A DNA stretch of 64,000 bases, taken from contig JBKAGP010000001.1 of the NCBI GenBank assembly GCA_046290465.1, forward strand, positions 2,912,001 through 2,976,000, written 5' to 3'. Origin of the DNA: Planctomycetota bacterium (GTDB lineage: Bacteria > Planctomycetota > UBA1135 > UBA2386). The position numbers and the translations under genes are program-made. Shown here piece after piece: positions 59,255 to 64,000 of this stretch; positions within the stretch are counted from its first letter, which is position 1, and the number at the start of each line of letters is the position of its first letter. The notes below the pieces were generated by a model that saw only the letters and a program-made list of their open reading frames with translations, was not told where the DNA came from and searched no databases.

Positions 59255-60019
59255 CTACCCCGGCGACTTGCGCGCTGCATCGACAACCGCAATGTACTTC
59301 GCGGGATTCTCATCGATGTTCGCAAGGCAGTCTGGACAACAAACCCGAATCAGGCGACCCGCGACAACAGCTTCCAGGTACGGGGGCGCAGGCAGGCCTA
59401 TCGGACGACCACTCACGGGGCAGCTACTGAGGCCGTAGCCGTCTGCCTGGGAACGCGCGGCAGCCCTGCTCAGAGCATCGAGGAACTTGCTCGGCCCCTT
59501 CATGACGGCCTCCCTCTCGTCGCTCGAATCAACCCTGACGAGCCGGTTGCCTACGACGAACTCGACGGGGCGTGCCGGCAACTGCCTCCCGGTCACGACT
59601 GAATCCCTCATCGCGTAGATCCCCTCCTGGTCCGCTACGATCCACCGGTCAACCTCTGCAAAACTGCTCACCAGATCCTGACCGAACAACCGCGAACACT
59701 GACTGCAACAGAACCGCACCTCGCGACCGCCGTAGGACTTGATGAGCCCAGTCTTGGTCACGGCCAAGTCCTCACCTGAAACTGGGCAGGTGGCGAACGG
59801 GTAGGGGTCACCGATCCTGAAGTAAGGCCGAGAGACTCGAAACGCACTCGGCGCAATGCGGTTGCGAACTCCTCCCGCACCCGAGCCACGGGGCGCCGCG
59901 CACGCAAGAAGGAACACGGCGAGCACGATTGCCACCCCCGAGACCGAAAGGGACCGTGCGAACGAGCGCCAGAAGCACCGCCGAGACCAGCGTGCTGGAC
60001 AACCATTATTGCAACGCAT
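59255..60019 (-). CDS. Exported TRASH/YHS-repeat metal-binding protein
   Basis: YPFATCPVSG...REVRFCCSQC and CPVSG...RVCCPDC; LLAC lipobox-like; start uncertain. Confidence 0.75.
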   Translation of the reverse strand: MRCNNGCPARWSRRCFWRSFARSLSVSGVAIVLAVFLLACAAPRGSGAGGVRNRIAPSAFRVSRPYFRIGDPYPFATCPVSGEDLAVTKTGLIKSYGGREVRFCCSQCSRLFGQDLVSSFAEVDRWIVADQEGIYAMRDSVVTGRQLPARPVEFVVGNRLVRVDSSDEREAVMKGPSKFLDALSRAAARSQADGYGLSSCPVSGRPIGLPAPPYLEAVVAGRLIRVCCPDCLANIDENPAKYIAVVDAARKSPG

Positions 60020-60209
60020 CGCGACACAAAGACAGCAACGTGCGTGCCTCGCCGCGCAACCCTCGATCACCGCCCACCGACCACCACGGGGACAGCCCAA
60101 TTCGCACGGCCATCCCGGCAACGAAACCTGTCAGCGCCGTCGCTGTCCGGCCAAACACATGGCGGCCGAGGGCACCGCCACGCGTGGCGGCTCAGCGCGC
60201 GCGGCCTCA

Positions 60210-62474
60210 TCAACCAGCCGACCCGAACGCACGTAGCCGCAGCGCGTTGACGATAACCGACACCGAGCTCAGGCTCATCGCAGCGGCCGCGATCATCGGA
60301 CTCAACAGCCAACCCGTGAACGGAAACAGTACGCCCGCAGCCAAAGGCACACCGGCGGCGTTGTAGCCAAACGCGAACAGGAGGTTCTGCTTGATGTTCC
60401 GCATCGTCGCTGCGCTCAGCTCGCGCGCACGCACGATGCCTCGCAGGTCGCCCCTGACGAGCGTCACGGCGGCGCTCTCCATCGCGACGTCCGTTCCTGT
60501 TCCCATCGCGATGCCCACGTCCGCCTTCGCGAGCGCAGGCGAGTCGTTGATGCCATCGCCGGCCATCGCCACCTTGGCGCCGCCTTCCTGGAGTTGCTCG
60601 ATCGTCGCGAGCTTCTGATCGGGCAGAGCATCGGCGATCACCTCGTCGATGCCCAGTTCTCGCCCGACGGCTTCGGCCGTTGCCCGGTTGTCGCCGGTCA
60701 ACATCACGACGCGCAGACCGGCACCGTGCAGGGCGCGGATGGCCTCCGGCGCGCTGTCCTTGATCGGGTCCGCGACTGCCAGCATGCCGATCAGCTGCCC
60801 ACTCGCGGCCAAGAACATGACCGTGGCCCCGTCACCCTGCAGCCGGGCGGCCCGAGTACGGTCCGCGTCCGACGCGGCCACGCCGATCTTTTCCATCAAC
60901 GCGAGATTGCCAAGGGCGACATCCTGTTGCTCGACCCGGCCCATGACGCCCTTGCCCGTCACGGACTCGAACCCATCGACGCCCGACAACTGGATCTCGC
61001 GCTCACTCGCACCCTCGACGATGGCGCGCGCGAGTGGGTGTTCGCTGCGCGTCTCCAGGCTCGCCGCCAGTCGCAAGACGGCGGACTCGTCTGCTCCGGC
61101 TTCGCTGACGACCTGCACGTTAGTCAGTTTCGGCTGTCCGAGCGTCAGCGTGCCGGTCTTGTCCACGACCAATGTGTCGATGGCACGAAGGCTCTCGATC
61201 GCCTGTGCGTTGCGGAACAGCACGCCCAACTGCGCGCCCCGCCCCGTCGCCACCATGATCGACATCGGCGTCGCCAGGCCGAGCGCGCACGGGCAGGCGA
61301 TGATGAGCACGGCAACCGCGTTGAGCAGCGCATAGGCGAGGCGGGGCTCCGGCCCCCAAACGCTCCAGACGACGAACGCGAGCGCCGCACACGCGACCAC
61401 GATGGGAACGAACCAGGCGGCGACACGATCGGCAAGCCGCTGGATCGGTGCTCGGCTTCGCTGTGCATCGGCGACCATCTGGACGATCTGTGCTAACAGC
61501 GTTTCGCCGCCGACCTTCTCGGCCTCGATGGTGAGGCTCCCCGTCGTGTTGACCGTTCCGCCGATCACCTGATCGCCCGCCGCCTTGGCCACGGGGACCG
61601 GCTCGCCCGTGACCATCGACTCATCAACGGTGCTGCCGCCCTCGACGACGATGGCATCGACCGGAACGGCCTCGCCGGGACGAACTCGCAGGCGATCCCC
61701 CTTTCGGACGGACTCGACAGCGACCTCCTCCTCTGCGCCATCGGAGCCGATGCGCCGAGTCATCTTCGGCGACAGATCGAGCAACGCCCGGATCGCGGCG
61801 CCGGTGCTGCTGCGCGCGCGCAGCTCCATGACCTGACCGAGCAGCACGAGCGCCACGATCACCGCGGCGGCCTCGAAGTAGACGGCCACGCCGTGCGCTC
61901 CACGGAAGCCCTCGGGGAACCAATCGGGCGCCACGAGCGCCAGCACGCTGTAGACGTACGCGACGGAGACGCCGAGCCCAATCAGCGTGAACATGTTGAG
62001 CTGCCAACGCCTGACGGATTCCCAGCCCCGCACCAACAGCGGTAGGCCCGCCCAGGACACCACCGGCGTCGCGAACGCCAGCTCCAGCCAACGTGAGAAC
62101 CCGCCAAACAGTCCATGGATCGGAGCGCCAGGGAGCACCATGTCCCCCATCGCAAGCACGAGCAGCGGGACGGCCAGCACCGCGCTCCAGACGAAGCGGC
62201 GCCGCATGTCGCGGTACTCGGTATCGTCCGCCTCAGCGCTCGCATCGACGGGCTCGAGCGCCATGCCGCAGATGGGGCAGGTTCCCGGCCCTGCCTGCTC
62301 GATCTCCGGGTGCATGGGACACGTGTAGGTGTCAGGGGGCGCTGGTCGACCGGCCCCCGCGGTGTGACCTCTAGCAGGATGGAGGCCATGACCATGCCCG
62401 TCGGCGTTGGCGTGCTCGCCCCCATGGCAGCAGGTCTTGGCCTCTGGGGCGTCGTGGTGAGATTCATCTGACAT
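60210..62474 (-). CDS. copA: Cu(I)/Ag(I)-translocating P1B-type ATPase
   Basis: His-rich N-terminus, YTCPMHP, TGEP, ACPCALG, DKTGT, HP, GDGIND, YN and MxxSS motifs. Confidence 0.93.
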   Translation of the reverse strand: MSDESHHDAPEAKTCCHGGEHANADGHGHGLHPARGHTAGAGRPAPPDTYTCPMHPEIEQAGPGTCPICGMALEPVDASAEADDTEYRDMRRRFVWSAVLAVPLLVLAMGDMVLPGAPIHGLFGGFSRWLELAFATPVVSWAGLPLLVRGWESVRRWQLNMFTLIGLGVSVAYVYSVLALVAPDWFPEGFRGAHGVAVYFEAAAVIVALVLLGQVMELRARSSTGAAIRALLDLSPKMTRRIGSDGAEEEVAVESVRKGDRLRVRPGEAVPVDAIVVEGGSTVDESMVTGEPVPVAKAAGDQVIGGTVNTTGSLTIEAEKVGGETLLAQIVQMVADAQRSRAPIQRLADRVAAWFVPIVVACAALAFVVWSVWGPEPRLAYALLNAVAVLIIACPCALGLATPMSIMVATGRGAQLGVLFRNAQAIESLRAIDTLVVDKTGTLTLGQPKLTNVQVVSEAGADESAVLRLAASLETRSEHPLARAIVEGASEREIQLSGVDGFESVTGKGVMGRVEQQDVALGNLALMEKIGVAASDADRTRAARLQGDGATVMFLAASGQLIGMLAVADPIKDSAPEAIRALHGAGLRVVMLTGDNRATAEAVGRELGIDEVIADALPDQKLATIEQLQEGGAKVAMAGDGINDSPALAKADVGIAMGTGTDVAMESAAVTLVRGDLRGIVRARELSAATMRNIKQNLLFAFGYNAAGVPLAAGVLFPFTGWLLSPMIAAAAMSLSSVSVIVNALRLRAFGSAG

Positions 62475-62554
62475 GGGATTCCGTTCGCTTTGCATGTCCA
62501 CGCTGACGACCAGACTGGGCGAACGTTACACCTACCGTGCCAGAGGACGCCCCG

Positions 62555-63109
62555 TCAGGCCTGCGGCGGCCTCGCGCAACTGCAGTCGAGGCAGCCGTGC
62601 TCGGCACATGTGCGACAGGTGAGCTGCACTTCCCGCCGCAGAGCCGCTCGAGCGCGGTGCAGGCGAACGCGGGCACTCCCAGCACTGACGCCGCGATCCT
62701 TGGCGACCGCCCCGACGGACCGGCCCTCCAGATCTACGAGCCGGACAAGCTCTGCATAGTCCGGATGGATGAGCGGCAACAACCCCTGGATGCAGACGCA
62801 GACGTCGCGCTGCCGTTCGGCATCCTCAGCTACCTGGAGGAGGTCGGAGTCAATCTCTAGGCCTGGGTGCCCCTCGGACCGCCGGCGATGCCGATCCACG
62901 ATGGCATTTCGGAGGATCCGGTAGAACCAGGCAACGACGTTCCCCTCCTCGCCTACGTCGACGACGCGCTCGACGCCACGCGCAAACGCGTCCTGCAGGA
63001 TCTCCTCGGCCTCATCCCGCGATGCTACACGGCGCTCGAGAAACGCCAGAAACTGGCGACGACTGGCGAGCAGGATCAAGAGTCGCTTATGGCTTTCGGA
63101 ATCGGTCAT
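62555..63109 (-). CDS. CorE-like metal-responsive ECF sigma factor
   Basis: ECF regions 2 and 4, CxC linker (DVCVC), C-terminal Cys-rich CRTCAEHGCLDCSC; upstream of copA. Confidence 0.85.
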   Translation of the reverse strand: MTDSESHKRLLILLASRRQFLAFLERRVASRDEAEEILQDAFARGVERVVDVGEEGNVVAWFYRILRNAIVDRHRRRSEGHPGLEIDSDLLQVAEDAERQRDVCVCIQGLLPLIHPDYAELVRLVDLEGRSVGAVAKDRGVSAGSARVRLHRARAALRREVQLTCRTCAEHGCLDCSCARPPQA

Positions 63110-63331
63110 GACGTTGAGGCCCGTGACCGTACCGGCTGTTCGCCATCATCGAGTCTCCTTCTTCCGCCTGGGATCACACCTCACCTTGGTCGTCCGACGG
63201 CACGCGCCTTGCTGAAGCGGGTCGGAATCACCTTGCGCGCGCCAGCCCAACGCTGCCGCGACGGCTCCAACATCACGATGGCGATGTACGCCAGCACTCA
63301 TCCAAACCCGCCCAAAAGAAGGAAACCCAAG

Positions 63332-64000
63332 ATGTCATTGCTCCGCTCCGCGATCTGCGCCGTAACTGCGATTGCGCTACTGAGCGCACCGACGGCCGCG
63401 CAGCATGGCGGCCACCACGACCACCCGGCGCCTCACCAGAAACCGACCACCAAGACCTCGAGAACTGGTGACCCCTACCCGTTCGCCACCTGCCCAGTTT
63501 CCGGCAAGAAGCTAGGAACCATGGGCGATCCCTTGGTGAAGGTCTACCGAGGGCGCGAAGTCCGCTTCTGCTGCGGTGGTTGCACCGGCAGCTTTGAGAA
63601 GGACCTCGACAGCAGCTTGGCCAAGCTCGACCAGAAGGTCATCGCAGACCAGCGCCCCATCTACCCGATGTCGAAATCGGTCGTCTCGGGCAAGAAGCTC
63701 CCGAAGAAGCCTGTCAACCTGGTCCTCGGCAACCGGCTCATCCTGTTGGCTGATGCGAAGGAGAAGGCAACAGCGCTGAAGTCACCCGGGAAGTACCTGA
63801 AGCAGCTGGACGCCGCCGTGAGCTCTGCGCAGGGAAAGAGCTACCCGTTGCAGAAGTGCGTAGTCAGCAACGAGCCCCTGGACAGCATGGGGAAACCAAA
63901 GGATGTCGTCATCGCCGGTCGCTTGATCCGCATCTGCTGTTCAAGCTGCGCAAAGAAGCTCGACAAGACGCCCTCCACATTCATCTCGACGATTGACAAG
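63332..64000 (+). CDS. Exported TRASH/YHS-repeat protein, paralog of 59255..60019 (runs off window end)
   Basis: Not in ORF track. MSLLRSAICAVTAIALLSAPTAAQHGGHHDH...GDPYPFATCPVSG...REVRFCCGGC...CVVS...RICCSSC. Confidence 0.85.
   Translation, partial: MSLLRSAICAVTAIALLSAPTAAQHGGHHDHPAPHQKPTTKTSRTGDPYPFATCPVSGKKLGTMGDPLVKVYRGREVRFCCGGCTGSFEKDLDSSLAKLDQKVIADQRPIYPMSKSVVSGKKLPKKPVNLVLGNRLILLADAKEKATALKSPGKYLKQLDAAVSSAQGKSYPLQKCVVSNEPLDSMGKPKDVVIAGRLIRICCSSCAKKLDKTPSTFISTIDK

Larger units (their letters stand above)
21144..64000. mobile_element. tRNA-Gly-integrated genomic island, probable integrative mobilizable element (MOBF); right end outside window or not recognised
   Basis: Integrase abutting the tRNA 3' end; excisionase-like gene, relaxase, T4CP, ParA, RadC, defence and metal cargo; visibly lower GC3 than 1-21 kb; no second copy of the tRNA 3' end found by eye. 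Confidence 0.8.

Noticed and set aside
21194..64000. attR copy of the tRNA-Gly 3' end
   Set aside because: No convincing repeat of TTCGATCCCGATCACCCGCTCCA found by eye, so the right boundary is not called; an exact-match search on the full contig is needed

Overview
GC-rich bacterial DNA. The gene repertoire (arylsulfatase, ECF sigma/HEAT pair, many secreted hypotheticals) suggests Planctomycetota, but this is inference only. Bases 1-21.1 kb are ordinary chromosome: PPi-type phosphofructokinase, a sugar isomerase/oxidoreductase pair, an esterase, a sulfatase, endonuclease VIII and a CIA30-fasciclin protein. tRNA-Gly(CCC) at 21119-21193 is the left border of a genomic island of at least 43 kb that runs off the window; no attR was seen. 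The island carries: (i) a tyrosine integrase, an excisionase-like gene, a MOBF relaxase-helicase, a coupling protein and RHH proteins in one tightly coupled minus-strand operon, which also contains a vWA gene and a J-domain-like gene, with no mating-pair genes visible; (ii) a probable leading region with a DNA methyltransferase, two small paralogous putative ssDNA-binding proteins, repeated covarying stem-loop elements, a Rep-like protein, ParA/RHH and RadC; (iii) a defence hotspot with an RloC-like ATPase and Hachiman flanking an uncharacterised 2TM-PLD-like / XRE / B12-radical-SAM / ClpX-like module, followed by a HExxH-peptidase + DUF4062 pair; (iv) a copper/heavy-metal cluster with CopA, a CorE-like ECF and two TRASH/YHS paralogs. 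That cluster hides a probable selenoprotein missed by the ORF track: an HMA-domain lipoprotein with an in-frame TGA at the first position of its CxxC motif (T-U-G-G-C), followed by a SECIS-like hairpin. All family assignments come from motif recognition by eye, not from database searches.
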